From Trichoplax adhaerens (taxonomy: Eukaryota > Animalia > Placozoa), in contig NW_002060952.1 of assembly GCF_000150275.1 (NCBI RefSeq), forward strand, positions 952,482-1,016,481: a stretch of 64,000 bases of DNA. The letters run 5' to 3'. Of this stretch, positions 11,957-24,597 are shown one piece after another. Position numbers and translations under genes: made by a program. Below the pieces are notes generated by a model, which worked only from the letters and a program-made list of their open reading frames with translations, had not been told where the DNA came from and did not search any database. The first letter of the stretch is position 1. Each line of letters begins with the position of its first letter.

Positions 11957-14900
11957 ATGCCTCATGCCAATTACGATCTTTCTAAACTTTACGAGCCAGC
12001 AACACAAGAACTTCGGAATCAACAAATCCCTGATAGCGACATTCATATCAATAGCTCACCAAGCGATACTTCGAACACTAATACAGCTTTGACAACAGAA
12101 AATAATGGAAGAATGTAAGTTACTATTCGAACTTTTTGCACGCTACCTCTTATATCATTGCTGGAAATAAATAAAAAATATGACTACAATGGACTTGCTT
12201 GTAGTATTTTGATCATTTTCTTTTTGCAATAAATAGACAACCTACTGTAGTGTAGAGAGTTGAACTGTATGCAATTTGGATAAGGTATTAAAATTAGGCG
12301 CCACCATGATATCGTTTCTAATTGGATGTTCTACTTTTATAGATCACACTCTGGTAATGGTAAAATGCCGTCAACGAGTATGGTAAGTGTTTACAAAATG
12401 ACCTATAGTATATTGATATCAAACCGATAGAGAATGCTTGTATAAATATATTTTTTTTTTACTAACCGGCGGGATTTATCTTCATGTTCGTAATCGCATT
12501 TGCTATATGAAATCGATCCATTATTTTATCCAATTCTTGTACCATGTTTTTGATTGATTTCTCTCAATTTACTTACAATCACTTAATCGTGATCAAGTAT
12601 AAACTTACTGCATTGCTAACCAATGATGACACTGTTGATTCAGTTACTAGAATAGATTGCACCATACGTAGTACAGCACTTTCATCATACTTGGTTAGAT
12701 TGAGTAACTTGACAGAGAAAGTGTTTCTAATTTTACCCAACTATTCTTAGATACCTCATCCCTACGACATGACAACTCGTAACTTTCCTCGACGTGATAG
12801 TCGGTAAGAAAGTATCTTCATTTTTGCATTCTTTTGTAGGAATAAACATATGAATAGGCTGATCGCTAACCGCAAACAGAGTAGAAGACTCTATGTAGTA
12901 AACCTGCTTTTTTTTGTATAGAACACAAAGTGCAAGTAGCACCCGAGCATTAGAGCTACTCAGATCAACTGTACAGTATTCTTTCAATAAAGAAATTATG
13001 AAGTTATGTGAAGAAAATCTAATGGTAAGTTGACTTCCTACGGCGCCTACAAATTAGTGAGATGCAATACACAAAATAGGTCGATAAAACTTGCGCAATT
13101 ACCGTAACTACCGTGTTATCTCACGAATAACGAAAGCTTTATAATCGCCATCAAAATCGTGTAGTTATACGAAATTGCCGCAAAGAATATCCGAGAGAAT
13201 ACAGGCGATAATATAACTCGAGATGATATTTACGCACTGATTAGGAAAAGTCTAGATGAGGTAATCGTATACTAAATGACTATCGATGTGGTCATACTCA
13301 TTCTAGTGTAACTATATGATCATTCCGACGTTACTAATCTTGCTTGCCAGTCTTGAAAAAGAGTTTTAATGTCTTTGAATATATACCATTCATTCAGTCA
13401 AAAAGAATGTTCGAACCTGGCAAAACGAAAGCTTCTCAAAGTGGCGAAAAGCGTGAAAGAATAAAAGAGCCTAGGATTGAGAAATATAAACACAAAGTAA
13501 TAAATGTTGATTTCGTTATCGCTATCTTCAGTTAGTTATCTATTTGAAAATAATTACTCATAATTATAACTTTACGAATAGGCCGCTACAGTAAAACAAA
13601 ACATTCATGCAACAGTTGCAGCCAAGAAAAAGGGAATTAAACTTAAGGTTACTATTTATTTTTTCTGAATCGAATTTAATATTTTATTGCCGCTTGCTTA
13701 GTGCTAAACGTGTCGTTTTTGGTAGTAATATTATCCGTATATTTTCTCTCCCAACAGCGAAAGGTTCGTGGTAAAGGTGCAAAAGGGTGAGTTGATTATT
13801 TTTGTTTGCTTAATCAAACGTGTAGCATTGATAGGCTGTATTCTTCCCTGCAGTGAAAGAGGTAGTAAAATGGCCCGTCTAGAAGATAAGCATCCAGCTT
13901 TACAGGTAGAAAGAATTATTACCGAATGGTTATGCTTTTAATTCTCCAGGACATTTTGTTTACTTCGTAATAATTATTGTATACCTACTTTAGTGGCATG
14001 AAGATGACGTCGATTACAACACAAGATTTATTCTTGGATCAAAAGCTAATAAGTTAGTTGGTACATTGTTATATCCTGTTAAGATATAGCATATGTCAAG
14101 TCTGATTATTCAACGTCTATATAGGATTCTTGGTTACAGCAGTGCTCGTGGCCGTTTATATAGCAAGCATCCACAATTGTTTAAGGTACTACCAATGCTG
14201 TGTTAGTCATTATAAGTAAATTTTATATTTCGTTTTGTAAAGACATTACTAATGACTGTTATAGTACGTCGGCGATCAAGATGACCGACAATGGCTTTAT
14301 GATAACAAGTTATTACCGATTACCGGAGGAAAGGTATGATAATTATAATTAGAAATTTGGACTGTTGAAAACGATGGCTGTGATATGCAAATAAGTATAC
14401 TATTGACTCACACTTTTCTTTAACCTATAATCGTAGGCATACATGTTAATAGCAAGACGCGTCAAACAACTTGTCGAAGATTTTGAAGAATACCGGTAAA
14501 TTCTGATCGTCATCGATTATTGAGAATAAATATTATACCACAGGGCTATACTTCACGCCAGTTAATAACCTATACTGTGTATGACCAATTGATCAAACAG
14601 GAATAACGATACCATACAGGGGAGAAAAGAAGAACTAAATGGTTTTCATGTTCCTAGACAGATGATAGAAAAAATGAAAAACGCTATCAGAGCGTCAAGA
14701 AAAGCTGCAGAATGTTAATAAATAATAAATTACGTGATACTTTCTATTGCAGTATCTATAGTATCACTGCCTATGCAATTAAATTTAATTACTGACGTAA
14801 AGTTTTTTATTATGTTATAGCATCTACAAGAAGATACAATAAGGTGCATCGAAAACAAGATACTAAACAATCGACAGGTAGCGATGAGAAAGAGAAACGT

Positions 14901-15215
14901 AACTATGTAAGTCATACATCGGCAAAGAGTAATCAGATAGAAAATGGTAAATCTAAGGAAACGGATAAAAGCTCCGATACAACAAAAGGTCATTCCCTAA
15001 ATGAAAAAGAACTGAGACGACCAGCTTCAGCGTCATCATCGAGGAGAAGTTCAAGGGAGAAACCACCCGTTATCTATTCTCAAGATAGTAGTTCTTCACC
15101 GACTGTGGGGGCCAATAATTCCGACGAAGAAACTGATGATGCAGAAGAAACGCTAGAAACCAACCGAAAGTTACAGTACGAAGAGAGTCAAATGTTGAAG
15201 CAAGCTCGTGAATGA
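11957..15215 (+). CDS. DNTTIP1: Deoxynucleotidyltransferase terminal-interacting protein 1 (TdIF1, MiDAC HDAC-complex subunit); ~15 coding exons
   Basis: Spliced exons: 11957-12114, 12343-12382, 12751-12803, 12922-13024, 13165-13260, 13398-13496, 13582-13647, 13758-13786, 13854-13905, 13994-14052, 14125-14185, 14265-14333, 14437-14495, 14601-14713, 14821-15215. They give the dimerisation domain ALELLRSTVQYSFNKEI..AAKNIRENTG..IRKSLDESK and the C-terminal domain TRFILGSKANKILGYSSARGRLYSKHPQLFKYVGDQDDRQWL..TGGKAYMLI. The true start could lie further upstream. Confidence 0.9.
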
Positions 15216-17160
15216 AGAATCGATTTCAGCTAGTGTGCGATGATATAGGGTGTTTTATTAATATTTAGAGTTAAGGATTATTAACTCCCTAATGAAATGT
15301 TAATCTCTGTCATAGAGATACTAACAGTTATCAAAATGTGTAGGAAATAGGATGTTGGACTGTTATTCCTACAAGCTATTTAAGTTTATATGGCTGAAAT
15401 GCAAACGTTGGCATAATTCTTGTTGACAATTTTATTCCTTAATATTGAATTTAAGTTATTGCAGTTTACGAGTGCAATTTGAAATATACTTGGCATTGGT
15501 TATGTGCAACAGCGGTATCGTACTTGCGAATTCCAATATATCTCTCAGGATTGTTTATGATGAAAGTATGGATACCCATTAAGTCAATATTATTTAAAAT
15601 TGTTATGAAACCGTAAACGTACTGTACAAATTAATATTATTTCGTTTTATTATATCGTCAATAAGTTTGTTATTTAACAATTATTAGAGCTCGATATTTT
15701 GAATTTTATTCACTACCAATTTGAATTGGCTATCTCCTGGAGTACTATTTAGAGTAAATGACTATGTATTACTATTCGACATTGACTAATCAGATTTCTC
15801 TCATTCTTATACTTTTATACCATGGACAAAATTTATTGTAGAATATGATAATAGCCAATTAAAATGTAATCGTTAAATTAACCAGTTTCATTCCTAAGTA
15901 GCAATTTAATGAGATTCGGCCTGTAATTTAGGACAATAGATAAAATTTAATTGATGCCATGTTTAGATAACGTTGGCATACTATACTATGCATCACATTT
16001 TGTATGACAATCATCCTCAAGCATCGTGATTCTAATTGTATGAAAGATGGAGGTAATGGAATATAGATTGACTGAAAGCTACATAATAAAATTCTTTTAA
16101 CATTGTTAAATCCTTACCACAACGTTGTAATTTACATTGCTGCTGCTTATCTGCGCAATTATTACCTTTTTGTTCGTCGAAAAAGTTGAATTTAGTTGCT
16201 AGACTATCATGCAACAGTAAAATCATCGATTGAGGAGCCATCACATGGCTGCATGATCCTGCGTGATATCACGTCTTAGATATCTATAGCGGTTTGCACT
16301 AAATTGAAGTATTTCATGGCTTAAGAAATTGGAACTGACGGTAATAATTTTAACAGAACTGAAATATTACATGATCTCGTATTTCTAGTTAGCTATAGCC
16401 GCTTAATTATATTATTAATTGCAAGGGAGTAAAGGGGTCCATGAATCAATTATGTTCTGATCATAGATACTCATACGTATACGTATGTCTGGTATCAAAT
16501 ACCGAATATTAAGTAAACAACAGTTACAGCCTTACAGCAAAATGATCAATGTCAGCTAACTGAATTATTGAAACAAAATTTCCTACAAGTATGATAAACA
16601 TTTTTAATACAAAATTATCCAAATCCTGTATATGGCAACTACAAGTAATTACATTTTCTACTACTGTATAATCGATTCACTGTGAGTGTATGGCATTCAG
16701 TTCCTACTACGGTATACCAAGCATATGTAGTTTACGACAGATTCATGCTCCTTCAGTGATCAAGGCCTAAACTTCGATAGCTGGCTATTAATAAATTTGT
16801 TTACTATTAAAATTGAATCGTATATCAATTCTAGGATGATTTCTAGCTTCTCTTCTATAGATTGCAGAGCAATCAAATGGCAGAAATTCTATTCAATTAC
16901 CGACTAATCAACGTATCGATTGGTAGGATGAAAGCAGAAACGGATACAACCTCGGTGTGTAATTGTTTTATTAGGTCTGAAATGGATTAAACTTCTCTCA
17001 GAAATATACTTCGATATCTATTACCCATCAATAGTACGAAAATGAAAATTAACTATGAAAGCAATCACTGTACACACTCTGATATCAGTCTAGTTGTAAA
17101 CCAATTTCGGGCGCTCAAGATGAAACGGCTTTAATATTGTCTTGACCGTAGATTTCCATC

Positions 17161-19993
17161 TTATTTTTTAGGCATGTAAGGAAGCTTGAAGGGATAGCGT
17201 TTGTCACTTTTTAAATAATCTATTACTGCAGGTCTGTTAAACATTGAGTTGTAGTACTGCGCCAACTTTGGGAATGGTTTCAACACGTCAGTTTTTGCTT
17301 GATCAGGAGAGTCGCCTGGGAGTAAAAACTGTCCAAATTCAATGTTTGCATCAAGAGCAGCTACCAACAAATAGTCTACCCACGTTAAATGACCATGAAT
17401 AATATAATCGGATTGCTTTTGCGAGTTGGTAGATTGTGAAGGGATCAGTCTTTCAAAGTATCCTAGCCATGTAGGTAATGTGGATTTTAGATATTCATCT
17501 CTCATTGCGACTGAAAAGCTTGGATCATACATAATTTTACTCAGTTGTTTTCCCATGTCCTCTAGACAAGCAATATAGTTTAGAAATTAATATTTCATAT
17601 TTATACTCAAATATTGATGCCCAAGGATATACATCCATAGTCGATAACTTACCAATTCCCGCAGCAATCATGTTGCAATAATCCAATTCATCACATTCAC
17701 AATCTAATCCAACCGAACGACCCAAGTACCTAAGGATAACTAAGTCAATAGATACCGGAATAGTTAGCATTGATGTACTAAATCTCATAAGCGAGATGGA
17801 TTGAAATAGTTGTATTACATATCAAATTTAAATTTAATCATTCTTAAGCAAAATGATTCAGCCGCTTTGGATTACTATGCAGAGAAACATAACGTAATAT
17901 AAAAAGAATTGGCCCTATTCATTCTAACTTGATAACACATCGCTTATATAAATAGCTAGAAATAAACTAGCGTACAGTCACTTGATCCTATGTCTAATTT
18001 TAGTACATCAATGATTTGCTTCATGTTGGATATTCAAAACGTGGCGTATAACATAAAATTATCAACAATAAGATATGACTTTTCCTACCGTGGCTTTGAA
18101 CTAGCTTAACTCCATCGCTGGTTTCGATTGCTGGAGCTTTAATAATTAATATAACAGTAGCCAGAAGAGTCATAGAAAATGATGATTAGAAAACGAATAG
18201 TTAGCTAAAAATTACAATTACTCCAAGTGGAAAATTGTAAAACTTTATATACAATATTATTATTCTGCAAGACAGCAATTACAGTGGATTATTACCATTA
18301 TGGCTAGAAATCGATCAAAATTGAGACTACGCTCAATGTACTTTTGCTGAGGACTTACAGCCTTTAATACTATTGTAACAGACTGTTGCTAGCATCTTTA
18401 TTAGATTGTATTATATTGGTATGTAATAAGCAATGTGTTCGTAGTTTTGTCTGTACAAGTTGCCTTTGCTAAAAATTTCTCTAATTGCTGTCTTTCTGAA
18501 GTTATTTTACACAAGTTTTCAACTGTTGTACTTGTTATACTGGTATAGTCAAATACACAGATAGGTATGGAATACTTATAAGACCTATGAAGTATATAAC
18601 ATATACACACAATATTCGTAAATGGTTATAAAGCATGTTATACACGTTTATCGAGCTTGGTTATGGATTGTGCTATAATGATCGCTAACATCGGGTGAGA
18701 AGATAGCTATAGGCAGGATGCCTAGTAACAACACTTGTAATTTCAATACAGAAACGCTATTGCCTCATTTTCAGGTTCAGCAATTTTTCATTATTTACAA
18801 AGGGTGGAAGAAATGTATCTTAGCATCGAATTAGTTCACAAACTGCTTGAATTGATCATGACTTGCTACTTGATTGTACATATTGCCTTACTTACTTTGC
18901 TATATTATGTGATTTCTGTATTCAATACTATACAGTATTATAGACAACTGATGCATATGCAATGGCAGCACTTGCCATTCAATCTTATAGAAAGCATTAC
19001 GATATCACTCTATTCAAGTGAAATGTAGGTCTTTATCAATTGGGTTATAGTGATGCTAACTATAGTGTTGTAAAAGTATTGCCTTAGCCTACGACTTGAT
19101 TTGATGCAGTCGTTGTTACAGAACAGAATAATCCCTGTCAAGAAAAATTGGATTATTTGTTCTACTCATTTGTCGCAGGCTGCAAAATGATTTAGCACTA
19201 GCTTTATCACTATGAGTTAAATTAGACGTAGCTTGTTCGATTCTACACTGTTATCATATTACAATTTGTTTGAACTAGATGAGATGATATCAATAACTTG
19301 CAACAGCACGTTGTAGCTTTCCATATTAGCACTTCAGAATCCAAGGTGTTATCCCGTTGTATCGGTCAATTCTTGCACAGTTTGATTTTCCATCCAAACA
19401 TACTCTGGAATATTTGGTAATATGACTGACTTGATTGACAGTATACCGTGGTCAAATCATTCCAAATGAGATTGAATACCGTCATTCAATATTTGAACAT
19501 TGAAATCATACCTTACCCCTATCGTCTCTAGACATTGATTATGATGTATTCTAGAGAATCATTTGGATGGTATGTTGAATATTGTCAAGTAGGTAATGTG
19601 ACGGATTGTGCTTGGCACTAGCAGCGAATGCAAGTTAGTTGGACATGCATAGCGATGGAAGCTATTATTATCCTTTGCTATCCACTCACCCTGGCCAAAT
19701 AAGTATAACCCACTCTTTAATCCTTCTTGTTTTGCGTTAGGCCAAGTCTCTCGTGTATATCCCATCTCAGAATAAGATATATTATAATCATTCATCAGCA
19801 ATCGCATCGCTTCGCCACGGCCACGTCCAGCAAAATAATGCAATTTGACATGCTTGATGTCTTTGATTGGAAAACAACCCGCCTTACCGTGGACTAGTCG
19901 ACTGACTGTTTTACTTACTAGAGCTTCATGGCCAGTATAATGTAATGCAATTAAACTGGCAATCAAGACAACAACAAGTGTTGCAGCACTCAT
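17161..19993 (-). CDS. Glutathione S-transferase (Tyr-type, sigma/pi/mu-like) with N-terminal signal peptide or membrane anchor; 4 exons, 279 aa
   Basis: Exons 19993-19690, 18136-18089, 17739-17653 and 17561-17161 join in frame (840 nt): MSAATLVVVLIASLIALHY..KLHYFAGRGRGEAMRLLM..LFGQAPAIETSDGVKLVQSHVILRYLGR..LTWVDYLL..FPKLAQYY..RPAVIDYLKS. Confidence 0.9.
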
Positions 19994-20759
19994 CTTGCAG
20001 CAAGAAAAGTTAGGAAGGAAAAGCCACTTGGAAAGAGCGATTGGACGACAGGAAAGGCTAGTTTGCAAGTTTCCTTCTCCAATTTTGATACGTGGCCTGT
20101 GTTTCAAATCGACAACAGTATTATTATGGCCATCTGGCTAGCATTATCGACACAGTACAGTAGAGTACTTCCATCGTATACAAATCTGTATACCATGGAT
20201 ATCGATGAGTCATTGCCCTCTGATGACGTGGCGGTTGAGACTCACTTTTACTAGCAGATGAGGTACACTGTGCCTTGACCTCTACTGTAAGTCATTCAGC
20301 AATGTCCTCCGTGGTGCGCACCAGTTCCCTCTCGTTCTGCGATCGATCTTCAACTCTCCATCATGAGTTTGGGGGGGAATTGGGGCATCAATTTGTACAA
20401 TATTAATCGCAAATGCAATTAGTAAACCCTAGCCATAAGAAATCTATGTGTATAGGAAGGAAGCAAGGCTCATAACGATTGGTTTTGAAGCGCTTGACCG
20501 ATAGTTTTGACTGTTTAAATACATCGACTATTGATACACGATGTTGAATCGATTGTCTGCACTACTTTGAACGCCTAGAACTCCAGCAATTGTGGCCAAA
20601 TTTCCCTGAAATTTCATCAAATGATCACTCATGAAGAAGCTTAAATATATATTTAAAAGCCATTTGAAGCTTAAATATATATGTAAAAGCATTTCTAAAT
20701 TGAATGATCAATTTTGGGCAAATGAGCCCACTAATTTCAAATGACTTCCCATTCATCCT

Positions 20760-21420
20760 GTATGGACGCTGTACTTTGAACACACATCTAGCCATCGGGT
20801 CTGCATATACAGAAATATTCTATCCCTTTCTTTGAGTAATTTCTGGTTCTACTCTATTGACGCTGTACTTTCAACATACTTCTAGCCATCGTATTATGGT
20901 GATCGGGTCTGCATAGCAAACAGAAATATTCTATCTCTTCCTTTGAGTAGTTTCCTGTTCTACTGTATTGACGCTGTACTTTCAACATACTATAGCCATC
21001 GTATCATGTCGATCAGGTTTGCTTAGCAAATAGAAGTATTCTATCTCTTCCTTTGAATAGTTTCTGGTTCTACTGTATTGACGCTGTACTTTTACTTTTA
21101 GCCATCATATCATGTCGATCGGGTCAGCATAGCAAACAGAAATATTCTATCTCTTTCAGTAGTTTCCGGTTCTACTGTATTGACGCTGTACTTTCAACAT
21201 ACTTATAGTAGCTATCTTATCATGTCGATCAGGTTTACATAGCAAACAGAAATATTCTATCTCTTCCTTTGAGTAGTTTCTGGTTCTACTGTATTGACGC
21301 TGTACTTTCAACATACTTATAGCCATCGCATCATGGCGATCGGGTCTGCATAGCAAAAGAAATATTCTATCTCTTCCTTTTAGTAGTTTCTTTTTTCTAC
21401 TGCATTGACGCTGTACTTTT
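20760..21420. repeat. Minisatellite, ~110-bp unit, ~6 copies
   Basis: GACGCTGTACTTT recurs at ~20765, 20859, 20970, 21080, 21182, 21296 and 21407, with conserved intervening sequence (AGAAATATTCTATCTCTTCCTTTGAGTAGTTTC). Confidence 0.93.
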
Positions 21421-22639
21421 ATCACAAGTCCATTTGAATAGTAAGAGACATAGTCAATAAGCGTAGACTAGTATGATAGTAGCTAAAGTCTTGGACCAAG
21501 AAGCTACTGGTCCACGCACAACTTTCACTTGGCATTACTGTACACGGTTAATCCGTTGTAGGTAATGAGATTGATCCATATGCTTGCATTTTCACATGGC
21601 ATGCTTATAAATGATATATCCGACCAGATCGATAGCAGCACGCGACACTGGTATTGAAAGATCCTGTTTGTACGCGTAAGTCTACGCAGGAGGCAATAGA
21701 AGCGCCACATCAGCAAAATCATAAATCAAATTTCACTAGACTAAAATGAAAGTGCTAAATGTCATTCATGCGCATTCAAATCAAGCCTTTTTAAAACAGT
21801 TCTTAAAGCCAGTGGTTCAAGAGCTAATCTAGGAAGGTGCTATTGACTAATAGATCAAGTAAGATAGAACAAAACAACAAAAATCAATAATATTATCCAT
21901 CATTCTTTCCGGTGCGATGTATTAAATGTGTGAGAAAATACTAAGAAAAACAACAATAACATAAACGATACGAGTGCGGGATATTTTTGTTTGCGGCATG
22001 AATACCGGACGTTATTGACTAAAGAGGTAGCATGGCTCGTTCCCGTAGGCAATAAAGTTCATCTTTTCTAGACATGTAATAACAATTTTACTTCGAAAAT
22101 AGAGAGTAGAATTGCAATTGCTTCCATCCTTTCTGACGGCAGGGAGAAATATCGATAAATTAAATTATATTACCAATGTCAAAACTACAGTACCTTTCTA
22201 ACGACAAACTGTAATTGATTTGGCGCATCAAGCGGACTTTCCGAATTGATTACTAAGAAAAATAATAAGTTTTCAACTACATTAGGCACAAATATAAATA
22301 CATGATCTCTTGCAGCAATCCTAAATATCTTATTACTGTACAGTGTTCAGTAAAGTGATATTAGTAGGCATATCCCCGTTAGAACACTAGTACAAGATCG
22401 AAATATACTGTCAACATTTTGGTATGGATTGTCTAAGAGTCGATGCCAACATTATACAGTTATTCTTAGATTGCAATTAGAAAACTCGAGGAGACTGCAT
22501 CAAACAATTACAATTCAGTATCAATTGTGTTATCAAAGTTAACCAGATACCCTTATTTATTACATAGCAGCTTTTATATTGATCATCTATTAATTATTAT
22601 TTTGAATTGGTCGACTAGTTATCTCCTAGAGGGACATAA

Positions 22640-22707
22640 CCAGACAAAGAGATTGCGTCTTGAGTCCATTTTTCAGTTAGTCATCGAAATCTTGTGCATA
22701 AAGCCAG
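22640..22707 (+). other. Probable non-coding 5' UTR exon of villin copy 1 (counterpart at ~39640-39685)
   Basis: Strong donor CCAG|GTAAGA. The block is conserved in both duplicates, and an AG acceptor lies shortly upstream of each villin ATG. Confidence 0.5.
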
Positions 22708-23299
22708 GTAAGACTATCTGATACATTGTAGATTGAAAACTGTTCTTGCAAGTGCATCTAGATATTCTACTGCAATAGTCATTACACATAAAATAAACTA
22801 TCGTGAGTGAGTTAATTAACACAGTGGATGATATCGATCGTTGATCAATACTGCAGTGAAGGCTAAACTGCTAATTTTATTTTTTCGTTTGAAATGAAAT
22901 TGTCTACTAGACAGCGTGCATTGTAGCTCCTCTACACATTGACAGTAGAGCTATGACAATGAAGTATCCATTCATATCGTATTTTAATTCTATCTGACGT
23001 TATAAATCAAACCTAAATTTTTCTACAATGTTGAAAAGAAATGTTCACCAGTCTACAAATCATTTAGCCGTGTTTTGTAATGGTTATCCGTTGCAATTTG
23101 CGGTCAATGTAGTCGAAACATGGATAATATTGTGCAGTTTTATTTACATTTCCCGTTTCAAAACGACATTCAAAACACGTTCGCTCTTCTACCATTTAGT
23201 ATTATAATTTCATAGCAACATAAAAAGTATGATTTACCTTATTGTTAATTAAAATATACTAGGATGATAACGTCGATAAACCTAAGGATAATATTGACT

Positions 23300-24410
23300 G
23301 AAGTCGTAATTCGGTCGATAAACGATAATTTCATTTATGATATGAGAGAATAATGGACTTGAGAGTAATACTTTACTCGAAATCTGTTTTGACTTTCTAT
23401 CCGACACTAGTCTCATTTTATAGGATCACCAATCATTAATTTACTATTAACTGTAGTTTATTTTTATGGCTACCTCTATTTGATAGTAATATTGACCAAA
23501 GTCATGATCCAAGAAACGATACTTTTTAATTATGAGATAGAATAGGATAGACGACTTAAGGGCTATGCTTTACTCGAGATCTAATTTCCTTTTTACTATA
23601 TCATATACTAATCTCATTTCAAAGGATCGTAGATTTCATTTATCCTATTGCTAATAGAAATTCACATTGATAGCGGCCAATACGCTAATACTCTATTGTC
23701 TAAAGTCATGATCCAATAAACGATAATAATATTATTTGTAAAGCGGTAAAATAGTTGACTTTAATGTATTATCTTGCACGAGATCTGATTTGCCTCCTAC
23801 GATATGCCAATGTTATTCCATGTGATGATAAATTACTATGCCTTAACATAACTGTTAAGTAATACACACTTTTGATATTTGCCCTTATTATACTGATATT
23901 ATCTACAGCCATGATCTAAGAAACGATAATTTTTATAAATGACATAGAATAGGATAGCTAACTTGAGAGCTATGCCTTACAGGAGATCTAATGTGCTAAT
24001 TTCCTTTCTACTACATCACATACTAATTTCATTTCACTAGATCGTGAACTATTCATTTACCTTACTGCTAATAGAAATTCACTTTAATAGTTACCAATAT
24101 GCTAATATTATCGAAAGTCACGATCCAATCAATGACAACAATTTTATTTTTGAAGCAGTAAAATAGTTGATTTCTATGTATTATTTTACATGAGATCTGA
24201 TTTGCTTATTATGATATGCTGATGTTATTCCATATGATAATAAATCACTATTACTTAACATTACTGTTAAGTAATGATATACACTTTGACGTTTGCCCTT
24301 ACTACACTAATATTATCTAAAGCCATGATCCAGTTAGCGTCAATTTTGTTGATGACATAGCAGAATATTTGACTTTAAAGAAATACCTAACTCGAGATCT
24401 GATTTGCTAA
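23300..24410. repeat. Degenerate ~200-bp tandem repeat (~6 units) upstream of the villin 1 ATG
   Basis: CATGATCCAAGAAACGATA...CTCGAGATCT-like motifs at ~23320, 23505, 23706, 23909, 24118 and 24323. Confidence 0.8.
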
Positions 24411-24597
24411 TAGCACTACATTAATAATTGCAATAACAAAGATTAGAGTAAATAGTTAAAGCTTTTCTTGAATACGTGATTAAGTCAGCCATATGTTCAT
24501 GATTGAACATATGTGTGTGCTTTATCCCTCTGACTGATATTCGGTTATCCTGCTTCGATCTTCACTTTAGTCTTGTATTGACCCCACCTAGACAGCC

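Noticed and set aside
20760-21420. Regularly spaced repeats as a CRISPR-like array, and ORF 21156-21425
   Set aside because: The intervening sequences are homologous rather than unique spacers, there are no cas genes, and the context is eukaryotic. The ORF is a by-product of the repeat.
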